A stretch of DNA of 64,000 nt from Eledone cirrhosa (Eukaryota), in NCBI GenBank assembly GCA_964016885.1, contig OZ024743.1, positions 6,510,001-6,574,000 on the forward strand. Direction: 5' to 3'. The notes below the pieces were generated by a model. The model had not been told where the DNA came from, searched no databases, and saw nothing but the letters and a program-made list of their open reading frames with translations. A program made the position numbers and the translations under genes. Positions 48,801 through 63,800 of this stretch are shown here, piece by piece. Positions within the stretch are counted from its first letter, which is position 1. Each line of letters begins with the position of its first letter.

Positions 48801-51800
48801 CTTTACAATGTGTGATGAGTGCTTTTAGCCATGACTCCTACATGACCACTTTACAATGTGTGATGAGTGCTTTTAACCATGACTCCTACATGACCACATT
48901 TACAGTGTGTGATGAGTGCTTTTAGCCATGACTCCTACATGACCACTTTACAGTGTGTGATGAGTGCTTTTAGCCATGACTCCTACATGACCACTTTACA
49001 GTGTGTGATGAGTGCTTTTAGCCATGACTCCTACATGACCACATTTACAGTGTGTTATGGGTGCTTTTAGCCATGACTCCTACATGACCACATTTACAAT
49101 GTGTGATGAGTGCTAGCCATGACTCCTACATGACCACATTTACAGTGTGTGATGAGTGCTTTTAACCATGACTCCTACATGACCACATTTACAGTGTGTG
49201 ATGAGTGCTTTTAGCCATGACTCCTACATGACCACATTTACAATGTGTGATGAGTGCTTTTAGCCATGACTCCTACATGACCACATTTACAATGTGTGAT
49301 GAGTGCTTTTAACCATGACTCCTACATGACCACATTTACAGTGTGTTATGGGTGCTTTTAGCCATGACTCCTACATGACCACTTTACAGTGTGCGATGAG
49401 TGCTTTTAGCCATGACTCCTACATGACCACATTTACAATGTGTGATGAGTGCTTTTAACCATGACTCCTACATGACCACATTTACAGTGTGTTATGGGTG
49501 CTTTTAGCCATGACTCCTACAGGACCACTTTACAGTGTGCGATGAGTGCTTTTAGCCATGACTCCTACATGACCACATTTACAATGTGTGATGAGTGCTT
49601 TTAACCATGACTCCTACATGACCACATTTACAGTGTGTTATGGGTGCTTTTAGCCATGACTCCTACATGACCACATTCACAATGTGTGATGAGTGCTTTT
49701 AGCCATGACTCCTACATGACCACTTTACAATGTGTGAGGAGTGCTTTTAGCCATGACTCCTACATGACCACTTTACAATGTGTGATGAGTGCTTTTAGCC
49801 ATGACTCCTACACAACCACATTTACAGTGTGTGATGAGTGCTTTTAACCATGACTCCTACATGACCACATTACAGTGTGTGATGAGTGTTTTTAGCCATG
49901 ACTCCTACATGACCACTTTACAGTGTGTGATGAGTGCTTTTAGCCATGACTCCTACATGACCACATTTACAGTGTGTGATGAGTGCTTTTAACCATGACT
50001 CCTACATGACCACATTTACAATGTGTGATGAGTGCTTTTAGCCATGACTCCTACATGACCACATTTACAATGTGTGATGAGTGCTTTTAGCCATGACTCC
50101 TACATGACCACATTTACAGTGTGTGATGAGTGTTTTTAACCATGACTCCTACATGACCACATTTACAATGTGTGATGAGTGGTTTTAGCCATGACTCCTA
50201 CATGACCACATTTACAGTGTGTGATGAGTGCATATAGCCATGACTCCTACATGACCACTTTTACAATGTGTGATGAGTGCTTTTAGCCATGACTCCTACA
50301 TGACCACATTTACAGTGTGTGATGAGTACTTTTAGCCATGACTCCTACATGACCACTTTTACAATGTGTGATGAGTGCTTTTAGCCATGACTCCTACATG
50401 ACCACTTTTACAATGTGTGATGAGTGCTTTTAGCCATGACTCCTACATGACCACTTTTACAATGTGTGATGAGTGCTTTTAGCCATGACTCCTACATGAC
50501 CACATTTACAGTGTGTGATGAGTGCTTTTAGCCATGACTCCTACATGACCACATTTACAGTGTGTGATGAGTGCTTTTAGCCATGACTCCTACATGACCA
50601 CTTTTACAATGTGTGATGAGTGCTTTTAGCCATGACTCCTACATGACCACATTTACAGTGTGTGATGAGTGCTTTTAACCATGACTCCTACATGACCACA
50701 TTTACAGTGTGTGATGAGTGCTTTTAGCCATGACTCCTACATGACCACTTTTACAATGTGTGATGAGTGCTTTTAACCATGACTCCTACATGACCACTTT
50801 ACAGTGTGTGATGAGTGCTTTTAGCCATGACTCCTACATGACCACATTTACAGTGTGTGTCGAGTGCTTTTAGCCATGACTCCTACATGACCACTTTACA
50901 GTGTGTGATGAGTGCTTTTAGCCATGACTCCTACATGACCACTTTACAGTGTGTGATGAGTGCTTTTAGCCATGACTCCTACATGACCACATTAACAATG
51001 TGTGATGAGTGCTTTTAGCCATGACTCCTACATGACCACTTTACAGTGTGTGATGAGTGCTTTTAGCCATGACTCCTACATGACCACATTAACAATGTGT
51101 GATGAGTGCTTTTAGCCATGACTCCTACATGACCACATTAACAATGTGTGATGAGTGCTTTTAGCCATGACTCCTACATGACCACTTTACAGTGTGTGAT
51201 GAGTGCTTTTAGCCATGACTCCTACATGACTACATTAACAATGTGTGATGAGTGCTTTTAGCCATGACTCCTACATGACCACTTTACAGTGTGTGATGAG
51301 TGCTTTTAGCCATGACTCCTACATGACCACTTTACAGTGTGTGATGAGTGCTTTTAGCCATGACTCCTACATGACCACATTAACAATGTGTGATGAGTGC
51401 TTTTAGCCATGACTCCTACATGACCACATTTACAGTGTGTGATGAGTGCTTTTAGCCGTGACTCCTACATGACCACTTTTACAGTGTGTGATGAGTGCTT
51501 TTAGCCATGACTCCTACATGACCACATTTACAGTGTGTGATGAGTGCTTTTAGCCATGACTCCTACATGACCACATTTACAGTGTGTGATGAGTGCTTTT
51601 AGCCATGACTCCTACATGACCACTTTTACAATGTGTGATGAGTGCTTTTAGCCATGACTCCTACATGACCACATTTACAGTGTGTGATGAGTGCTTTTAA
51701 CCATGACTCCTACATGACCACATTTACAGTGTGTGATGAGTGCTTTTAGCCATGACTCCTACATGACCACTTTACAATGTGTGATGAGTGCTTTTAGCCA

Positions 51801-54800
51801 TGACTCCTACATGACCACTTTACAGTGTGTGATGAGTGCTTTTAGCCATGACTCCTACATGACCACATTTACAGTGTGTGTCGAGTGCTTTTAGCCATGA
51901 CTCCAACATGACCACTTTACAGTGTGTGATGAGTGCTTTTAGCCATGACTCCTACATGACCACATTTACAATGTGTGATGAGTGCTTTTAGCCATGACTC
52001 CTACATGACCACATTTACAGTGTGTGATGAGTGCTTTTAGCCGTGACTCCTACATGACCACATTTACAGTGTGTGATGAGTGCTTTCAGCCATGACTCCT
52101 ACATGACCACTTTACAGTGTGTGATGAGTGCTTTTAGCCATGACTCCTACATGACCACATTTACAATGTGTGTCGAGTGCTTTTAGCCATGACTCCTACA
52201 TGAACACTTTTACAGTGTGTGATGAGTGCTTTTAGCCATGACTCCTACATGACCACATTTACAGTGTGTGTCGAGTGCTTTTAGCCATGACTCCTACATG
52301 ACCACTTTACAGTGTGTGATGAGTGCTTTTAGCCATGACTCCTACATGACCACTTTACAGTGTGTGATGAGTGCTTTTAGCCATGACTCCTACATGACCA
52401 CATTAACAATGTGTGATGAGTGCTTTTAGCCATGACTCCTACATGACCACATTTACAGTGTGTGATGAGTGCTTTTAGCCGTGACTCCTACATGACCACT
52501 TTACAGTGTGTGATGAGTGCTTTTAGCCATGACTCCTACATGACCACATTTACGATGTGTGATGAGTGCTTTTAGCCATGACTCCTACATGACCACTTTA
52601 CAGTGTGTGAAGAGTGCTTTTAGCCATGACTCCTACATGACCACATTTACAATGTGTGATGAGTGCTTTTAGCCATGACTCCTACATGACCACTTTACAG
52701 TGTGTGATGAGTGCTTTTAGCCATGACTCCTACATGACCACATTAACAATGTGTGATGAGTGCTTTTAGCCATGACTCCTACATGACCACATTACAGTGT
52801 GTGATGAGTGCTTTTAGCCATGACTCCTACATGACCACTTTACAGTGTGTGATGAGTGCTTTTAGCCATGACTCCTACATGACCACATTTACAGTGTGTG
52901 ATGAGTGCTTTTAGCCGTGACTCCTACATGACCACTTTTACAGTGTGTGATGAGTGCTTTTAGCCATGACTCCTACATGACCACATTTACAATGTGTGTC
53001 GAGTGCTTTTAGCCATGACTCCTACATGACCACATTTACAGTGTGTGATGAGTGCTTTTAGCCATGACTCCTACATGACCACATTTACAATGTGTGATGA
53101 GTGCTTTTAGCCATGACTCCTACATGACCACATTTACAATGTGTGATGAGTGCTTTTAGCCATGACTCCTACATGACCACTTTACAGTGTGTGATGAGTG
53201 CTTTTAGCCATGACTCCTACATGACCACATTTACAATGTGTGATGAGTGCTTTTAGCCATGACTCCTACATGACCACTTTACAGTGTGTGATGAGTGCTT
53301 TTAGCCATGACTCCTACATGACCACATTAACAATGTGTGATGAGTGCTTTTAGCCATGACTCCTACATGACCACATTACAGTGTGTGATGAGTGCTTTTA
53401 GCCATGACTCCTACATGACCACATTTACAATGTGTGATGAGTGCTTTTAGCCATGACTCCTACATGACCACATTTACAATGTGTGATGAGTGCTTTTAGC
53501 CATGACTCCTACATGACCACTTTACAGTGTGTGATGAGTGTTTTTAGCCATGACTCCTACATGACCACTTTACAGTGTGTGATGAGTGCTTTTAGCCGTG
53601 ACTCCTACATGACCACTTTTACAGTGTGTGATGAGTGCTTTTAGCCATGACTCCTACATGACCACATTTACAATGTGTGATGAGTGCTTTTAGCCATGAC
53701 TCCTACATGACCACTTTACAGTGTGTGATGAGTGCTTTTAGCCATGACTCCAACATGACCACATTTACAATGTGTGTCGAGTGCTTTTAGCCATGACTCC
53801 TACATGACCACTTTACAGTGTGTGATGAGTGCTTTTAGCCATGACTCCTACATGACCACTTTACAGTGTGTGATGAGTGCTTTTAGCCATGACTCCTACA
53901 TGACCACATTAACAACGTGTGATGAGTGCTTTTAGCCATGACTCCTACATGACCACATTTACAGTGTGTGATGAGTGCTTTTAGCCGTGACTCCTACATG
54001 ACCACTTTTACAGTGTGTGATGAGTGCTTTTAGCCATGACTCCTACATGACCACATTTACAATGTGTGATGAGTGCTTTTAGCCATGACTCCTACAGGAC
54101 CACTTTACAGTGTGCGATGAGTGCTTTTAGCCATGACTCCTACATGACCACATTTACAATGTGTGATGAGTGCTTTTAACCATGACTCCTACATGACCAC
54201 ATTTACAGTGTGTTATGGGTGCTTTTAGCCATGACTCCTACATGACCACATTCACAATGTGTGATGAGTGCTTTTAGCCATGACTCCTACATGACCACTT
54301 TACAATGTGTGATGAGTGCTTTTAGCCATGACTCCTACATGACCACTTGACAATGTGTTTATGAGTGCTTTTAGCCATGACTCCTACACAACCACATTTA
54401 CAGTGTGTGATGAGTGCTTTTAACCATGACTCCTACATGACCACATTACAGTGTGTGATGAGTGTTTTTAGCCATGACTCCTACATGACCACTTTACAGT
54501 GTGTGATGAGTGCTTTTAGCCATGACTCCTACATGACCACATTTACAGTGTGTGATGAGTGCTTTTAACCATGACTCCTACATGACCACATTTACAATGT
54601 GTGATGAGTGCTTTTAGCCATGACTCCTACATGACCACATTTACAATGTGTGATGAGTGCTTTTAGCCATGACTCCTACATGACCACATTTACAGTGTGT
54701 GATGAGTGTTTTTAACCATGACTCCTACATGACCACATTTACAATGTGTGATGAGTGCTTTTAGCCATGACTCCTACATGACCACATTTACAGTGTGTGA

Positions 54801-57800
54801 TGAGTGCATATAGCCATGACTCCTACATGACCACTTTTACAATGTGTGATGAGTGCTTTTAGCCATGACTCCTACATGACCACATTTACAGTGTGTGATG
54901 AGTACTTTTAGCCATGACTCCTACATGACCACTTTTACAATGTGTGATGAGTGCTTTTAGCCATGACTCCTACATGACCACTTTTACAATGTGTGATGAG
55001 TGCTTTTAGCCATGACTCCTACATGACCACTTTTACAATGTGTGATGAGTGCTTTTAGCCATGACTCCTACATGACCACATTTACAGTGTGTGATGAGTG
55101 CTTTTAGCCATGACTCCTACATGACCACATTTACAGTGTGTGATGAGTGCTTTTAGCCATGACTCCTACATGACCACTTTTACAATGTGTGATGAGTGCT
55201 TTTAGCCATGACTCCTACATGACCACATTTACAGTGTGTGATGAGTGCTTTTAACCATGACTCCTACATGACCACATTTACAGTGTGATGAGTGCTTTTA
55301 GCCATGACTCCTACATGACCACTTTACAGTGTGTGATGAGTGCTTTTAGCCATGACTCCTACATGACCACTTTACAGTGTGTGATGAGTGCTTTTAGCCA
55401 TGACTCCTACATGACCACATTTACAGTGTGTGTCGAGTGCTTTTAGCCATGACTCCTACATGACCACTTTACAGTGTGTGATGAGTGCTTTTAGCCATGA
55501 CTCCTACATGACCACTTTACAGTGTGTGATGAGTGCTTTTAGCCATGACTCCGACATGACCACATTAACAATGTGTGATGAGTGCTTTTAGCCATGACTC
55601 CTACATGACCACTTTACAGTGTGTGATGAGTGCTTTTAGCCATGACTCCTACATGACCACATTAACAATGTGTGATGAGTGCTTTTAGCCATGACTCCTA
55701 CATGACCACATTAACAATGTGTGATGAGTGCTTTTAGCCATGACTCCTACATGACCACTTTACAGTGTGTGATGAGTGCTTTTAGCCATGACTCCTACAT
55801 GACTACATTAACAATGTGTGATGAGTGCTTTTAGCCATGACTCCTACATGACCACTTTACAGTGTGTGATGAGTGCTTTTAGCCATGACTCCTACATGAC
55901 CACATTAACAATGTGTGATGAGTGCTTTTAGCCATGACTCCTACATGACCACTTTACAGTGTGTGATGAGTGCTTTTAGCCATGACTCCTACATGACCAC
56001 ATTAACAATGTGTGATGAGTGCTTTTAGCCATGACTCCTACATGACCACATTTACAGTGTGTGATGAGTGCTTTTAGCCGTGACTCCTACATGACCACTT
56101 TTACAGTGTGTGATGAGTGCTTTTAGCCATGACTCCTACATGACCACATTTAAAGTGTGTGATGAGTGCTTTTAGCCATGACTCCTACATGACCACATTT
56201 ACAGTGTGTGATGAGTGCTTTTAGCCATGACTCCTACATGACCACTTTTACAATGTGTGATGAGTGCTTTTAGCCATGACTCCTACATGACCACATTTAC
56301 AGTGTGTGATGAGTGCTTTTAGCCGTGACTCCTACATGACCACATTTACAGTGTGTGATTAGTGCTTTTAGCCATGACTCCTACATGACCACTTTACAGT
56401 GTGTGATGAGTGCTTTTAGCCATGACTCCTACATGACCACATTTACAATGTGTGTCGAGTGCTTTTAGCCATGACTCCTACATGAACACTTTTACAGTGT
56501 GTGATGAGTGCTTTTAGCCATGACTCCTACATGACCACATTTACAGTGTGTGTCGAGTGCTTTTAGCCATGACTCCTACATGACCACTTTACAGTGTGTG
56601 ATGAGTGCTTTTAGCCATGACTCCTACATGACCACTTTACAGTGTGTGATGAGTGCTTTTAGCCATGACTCCTACATGACCACATTAACAATGTGTGATG
56701 AGTGCTTTTAGCCATGACTCCTACATGACCACATTTACAGTGTGTGATGAGTGCTTTTAGCCGTGACTCCTACATGACCACTTTACAGTGTGTGATGAGT
56801 GCTTTTAGCCGTGACTCCTACATGACCACATTTACAATGTGTGATGAGTGCTTTTAGCCATGACTCCTACATGACCACTTTACAGTGTGTGATGAGTGCT
56901 TTTAGCCATGACTCCTACATGACCACATTTACAATGTGTGATGAGTGCTTTTAGCCATGACTCCTACATGACCACTTTACAGTGTGTGATGAGTGCTTTT
57001 AGCCATGACTCCTACATGACCACATTAACAATGTGTGATGAGTGCTTTTAGCCATGACTCCTACATGACCACTTTACAGTGTGTGATGAGTGCTTTTAGC
57101 CATGACTCCTACATGACCACTTTACAGTGTGTGATGAGTGCTTTTAGCCATGACTCCTACATGACCACATTTACAGTGTGTGATGAGTGCTTTTAGCCGT
57201 GACTCCTACATGACCACATTAACAATGTGTGATGAGTGCTTTTAGCCATGACTCCTACATGACCACATTACAGTGTGTGATGAGTGCTTTTAGCCATGAC
57301 TCCTACATGACCACTTTACAGTGTGTGATGAGTGCTTTTAGCCATGACTCCTACATAACGACATTTACAATGTGTGATGAGTGCTTTTAGCCATGACTCC
57401 TACATGACCACTTTACAGTGTGTGATGAGTGCTTTTAGCCATGACTCCTACATGACCACTTTACAGTGTGTGATGAGTGCTTTTAGCCGTGACTCCTACA
57501 TGACCACTTTTACAGTGTGTGATGAGTGCTTTTAGCCATGACTCCTACATGACCACATTTACAATGTGTGTCGAGTGCTTTTAGCCATGACTCCTACATG
57601 ACCACATTTACAGTGTGTGATGAGTGCTTTTAGCCATGACTCCTACATGACCACATTTACAATGTGTGATGAGTGCTTTTAGCCATGACTCCTACATGAC
57701 CACTTTACAGTGTGTGATGAGTGCTTTTAGCCATGACTCCTACATGACCACATTTACAATGTGTGTCGAGTGCTTTTAGCCATGACTCCTACATGACCAC

Positions 57801-60800
57801 TTTACAGTGTGTGATGAGTGCTTTTAGCCATGACTCCTACATGACCACTTTACAGTGTGTGATGAGTGCTTTTAGCCATGACTCCTACATGACCACATTA
57901 ACAATGTGTGATGAGTGCTTTTAGCCATGACTCCTACATGACCACATTTACAGTGTGTGATGAGTGCTTTTAGCCGTGACTCCTACATGACCACTTTTAC
58001 AGTGTGTGATGAGTGCTTTTAGCCATGACTCCTACATGACCACATTTACAGTGTGTGATGAGTGCTTTTAGCCATGACTCCTACATGACCACTTTTACAG
58101 TGTGTGATGAGTGCTTTTAGCCATGACTCCTACATGACCACTTTACAGTGTGTGATGAGTGCTTTTAACCATGACTCCTACATGACCACATTTACAATGT
58201 GTGATGAGTGCTTTTAGCCATGACTCCTACATGACCACATTTACAATGTGTGATGAGTGCTTTTAGCCATGACTCCTACATGACCAGTTTTACAATGTGT
58301 GATGAGTGCTTTTAACCATGACTCCTACATGACCACATTTACAATGTGTGATGAGTGCTTTTAGCCATGACTCCTACATGACCACATTTACAGTGTGTGA
58401 TGAGTGGTTTTAGCCATGACTCCTACATGACCACTTTACAGTGTGTGATGAGTGCTTTTAGCCATGACTCCTCCATGACCACATTTACAGTGTGTGATGA
58501 GTGCTTTTAGCCATGACTCCTACATGACCACATTTACAGTGTATGATGAGTGCTTTTAGCCATGACTCCTACATGACCACTTTACAGTGTGTGATGAGTG
58601 CTTTTAGCCATGACTCCTACATGATCACATTTACAGTGTGTGATGAGTGCTTTTAGCCATGACTCCTACATGACCACTTTACAATGTGTGATGAGTGCTT
58701 TTAGCCATGACTCCTACATGACCACTTTACAATGTGTGATGAGTGCTTTTAGCCATGACTCCTACATGACCACATTTACAATGTGTGATGAGTGCTTTTA
58801 GCCATGACTCCTACATGACCACTTTACAATGTGTGATGAGTGCTTTTAGCCATGACTCCTACATGACCACATTTACAATGTGTGATGAGTGCTTTTAGCC
58901 ATGACTCCTACATGACCACATTTACGATGTGTGATGAGTGCTTTTAGCCATGACTCCTACATGACCACTTTACAGTGTGTGATGAGTGCTTTTAGCCATG
59001 ACTCCTACATGACCACTTTACAATGTGTGATGAGTGCTTTTAGCCATGACTCCTACATGACCACATTTACAGTGTGTGATGAGTGCTTTTAGCCATGACT
59101 CCTACATGACCACTTTACAATGTGTGATGAGTGCTTTTAGCCATGACTCCTACATGACCACATTTACAATGTGTGATGAGTGCTTTTAACCATGACTCCT
59201 ACATGACCACATTTACAATGTGTGATGAGTGCTTTTAGCCATGACTCCTACATGACCACTTTTACAATGTGTGATGAGTGCTTTTAACCATGACTCCTAC
59301 ATGACCACATTTACAATGTGTGATGAGTGCTTTTAGCCATGACTCCTACATGACCACATTTACAGTGTGTGATGAGTGCTTTTAGCCATGACTCCTACAT
59401 GACCACATTTACAGTGTATGATGAGTGCTTTTAGCCATGACTCCTACATGACCACATTTACAGTGTGTGATGAGTGCTTTTAGCCATGACTCCTACATGA
59501 CCACATTTACAATGTGTGATGAGTGATTTTAGCCATGACTCCTACATGACCACATTTACAGTGTGTGATGAGTGCTTTTAGCCATGACTCCTACATGACC
59601 ACTTTACAATGTGTGATGAGTGCTTTTAGCCATGACTCCTACATGACCACTTTACAATGTGTGATGAGTGCTTTTAGCCATGACTCCTACACAACCACAT
59701 TTACAGTGTGTGATGAGTGCTTTTAGCCATGACTCCTACATGACCACATTTACAGTGTGTGATGAGTGTTTTTAGCCATGACTCCTACACAACCACATTT
59801 ACAGTGTGTGATGAGTGCTTTTAGCCATGACTCCTACATGACCACATTTACAGTGTGTGATGAGTGCTTTTAGCCATGACTCCTACATGACCACTTTTAC
59901 AGTGTGTGATGAGTGCTTTTAGCCATGACTCCTACACAACCACATTTACAGTGTGTGATGAGTGCTTTTAGCCATGACTCCTACACAACCACATTTACAG
60001 TGTGTGATGAGTGCTTTTAGCCATGACTCCTACATGACCACATTTACAGTGTGTGATGAGTGTTTTTAGCCATGACTCCTACACAACCACATTTACAGTG
60101 TGTGATGAGTGCTTTTAGCCATGACTCCTACATGACCACATTTACAGTGTGTGATGAGTGCTTTTAGCCATGACTCCTACATGACCACTTTTACAGTGTG
60201 TGATGAGTGCTTTTAGCCATGACTCCTACACAACCACATTTACAGTGTGTGATGAGTGCTTTTAGCCATGACTCCTACACAACCACATTTACAGTGTGTG
60301 ATGAGTGCTTTTAGCCATGACTCCTACATGACCACATTTACAGTGTGTGATGAGTGTTTTTAGCCATGACTCCTACATGACCACTTTACAGTGTGTGATG
60401 AGTGTTTTTAGCCATGACTCCTACATGACCACATTTACAATGTGTGATGAGTGCTTTTAGCCATGACTCCTACATGACCACATTTACAGTGTGTGATGAG
60501 TGGTTTTAGCCATGACTCCTACATGACCACATTTACAGTGTGTGATGAGTGCTTTTAGCCATGACTCCTACATGACCACATTTACAATGTGTGATGAGTG
60601 TTTTTAACCGTGACTCCTACATGACCACATTTACAGTGTGTGATGAGTGCTTTTAGCCATGACTCCTATATGACCACTTTACAGTGTGTGATGAGTGCTT
60701 TTAGCCATGACTCCTACATGACCACATTTACAGTGTGTGATGAGTGCTTTTAGCCATGACTCCTACATGACCACATTTACAATGTGTGATGAGTGTTTTT

Positions 60801-63800
60801 AGCCATGACTCCTACATGACCACATTTACAATGTGTGATGAGTGCTTTTAGCCATGACTCCTATATGACCACTTTACAGTGTGTGATGAGTGCTTTTAGC
60901 CATGACTCCTACATGACCACATTTACAATGTGTGATGAGTGCTTTTAGCCATGACTCCTACATGACCACATTTACAGTGTGTGATGAGTGCTTTTAACCA
61001 TGACTCCTACAGGACCACTTTACAGTGTGTGATGAGTGCTTTTAGCCATGACTCCTACATGACCACATTTACAGTGTGTTATGGGTGCTTTTAACCATGA
61101 CTCCTACATGACCACATTTACAGTGTGTTATGGGTGCTTTTAGCCATGACTCCTACATGACCACATTTACAATGTGTGATGAGTGCTTTTAGCCATGACT
61201 CCTACATGACCACATTTACAGTGTGTTATTGGTGCTTTTAGCCATGACTCCTACATGACCACATTTACAGTGTGTGATGAGTGCTTTTAGCCATGACTCC
61301 TATATGACCACTTTACAGTGTGTGATGAGTGCTTTTAGCCATGACTCCTACAGTACCACTTTACAGTGTGCGATGAGTGCTTTTAGCCATGACTCCTACA
61401 TGACCACATTTACAATGTGTGATGAGTGCTTTTAACCATGACTCCTACATGACCACATTTACAGTGTGTTATGGGTGCTTTTAGCCATGACTCCTACATG
61501 ACCACTTTACAGTGTGTGATGAGTGCTTTTAGCCATGACTCCTACATGACCACATTTACAATGTGTGATGGGTGCTTTTAGCCATGACTCCTACATGACC
61601 ACATTTACAGTGTGTGATGGGTGCTTTTAGCCATGACTCCTACATGACCACATTCACAATGTGTGATGAGTGCTTTTAGCCATGACTCCTACATGACCAC
61701 ATTTACAGTGTGTGATGGGTGCTTTTAGCCATGACTCCTACATGACCACATTCACAATGTGTGATGAGTGCTTTTAGCCATGACTCCTACATGACCACTT
61801 TACAATGTGTGATGAGTGCTTTTAGCCATGACTCCTACATGACCACTTTACAATGTGTGATGAGTGCTTTTAGCCATGACTCCTACACAACCACATTTAC
61901 AGTGTGTGATGAGTGCTTTTAACCATGACTCCTACATGACCACATTACAGTGTGTGATGAGTGTTTTTAGCCATGACTCCTACATGACCACTTTACAGTG
62001 TGTGATGAGTGCTTTTAGCCATGACTCCTACATGACCACATTTACAGTGTGTGATGAGTGCTTTTAACCATGACTCCTACATGACCACATTTACAATGTG
62101 TGATGAGTGCTTTTAGCCATGACTCCTACATGACCACATTTACAATGTGTGATGAGTGCTTTTAGCCATGACTCCTACATGACCACATTTACAGTTTGTG
62201 ATCAGTGTTTTTAACCATGACTCCTACATGACCACATTTACAATGTGTGATGAGTGCTTTTAGCCATGACTCCTACATGACCACATTTACAGTGTGTGAT
62301 GAGTGCATATAGCCATGACTCCTACATGACCACTTTTACAATGTGTGATGAGTGCTTTTAGCCATGACTCCTACATGACCACATTTACAGTGTGTGATGA
62401 GTACTTTTAGCCATGACTCCTACATGACCACTTTTACAATGTGTGATGAGTGCTTTTAGCCATGACTCCTACATGACCACTTTTACAATGTGTGATGAGT
62501 GCTTTTAGCCATGACTCCTACATGACCACTTTTACAATGTGTGATGAGTGCTTTTAGCCATGACTCCTACATGACCACATTAACAATGTGTGATGAGTGC
62601 TTTTAGCCATGACTCCTACATGACCACTTTACAGTGTGTGATGAGTGCTTTTAGCCATGACTCCTACATGACTACATTAACAATGTGTGATGAGTGCTTT
62701 TAGCCATGACTCCTACATGACCACTTTACAGTGTGTGATGAGTGTTTTTAGCCATGACTCCTACATGACCACATTAACAATGTGTGATGAGTGCTTTTAT
62801 CCATGACTCCTACATGACCACTTTACAGTGTGTGATGAGTGCTTTTAGCCATGACTCCTACATGACCACATTAACAATGTGTGATGTGTGCTTTTAGCCA
62901 TGACTCCTACATGACCACATTTACAGTGTGTGATGAGTGTTTTTAACCATGACTCCTACATGACCACATTTACAATGTGTGATGAGTGCTTTTAGCCATG
63001 ACTCCTACATGACCACATTTACAGTGTGTGATGAGTGCATATAGCCATGACTCCTACATGACCACTTTTACAATGTGTGATGAGTGCTTTTAGCCATGAC
63101 TCCTACATGACCACATTTAAAGTGTGTGATGAGTGCTTTTAACCATGACTCCTACAGGACCACTTTACAGTGTGTGATGAGTGCTTTTAGCCATGACTCC
63201 TACATGACCACATTTACAGTGTGTTATGGGAGCTTTTAACCATGACTCCTACATGACCACATTTACAGTGTGTTATGGGTGCTTTTAGCCATGACTCCTA
63301 CATGACCACATTTACAATGTGTGATGAGTGCTTTTAGCCATGACTCCTACATGACCACATTTACAGTGTGTTATTGGTGCTTTTAGCCATGACTCCTACA
63401 TGACCACATTTACAGTGTGTGATGAGTGCTTTTAGCCATGACTCCTATATGACCACTTTACAGTGTGTGATGAGTGCTTTTAGCCATGACTCCTACAGTA
63501 CCACTTTACAGTGTGCGATGAGTGCTTTTAGCCATGACTCCTACATGACCACATTTACAATGTGTGATGAGTGCTTTTAACCATGACTCCTACATGACCA
63601 CATTTACAGTGTGTTATGGGTGCTTTTAGCCATGACTCCTACATGACCACTTTACAGTGTGTGATGAGTGCTTTTAGCCATGACTCCTACATGACCACAT
63701 TTACAATGTGTGATGGGTGCTTTTAGCCATGACTCCTACATGACCACATTTACAGTGTGTGATGGGTGCTTTTAGCCATGACTCCTACATGACCACATTC

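Noticed and set aside
49789-62067. Three identical 67-aa ORFs
   Set aside because: They are chance open frames in duplicated satellite blocks, useful only as duplication markers.
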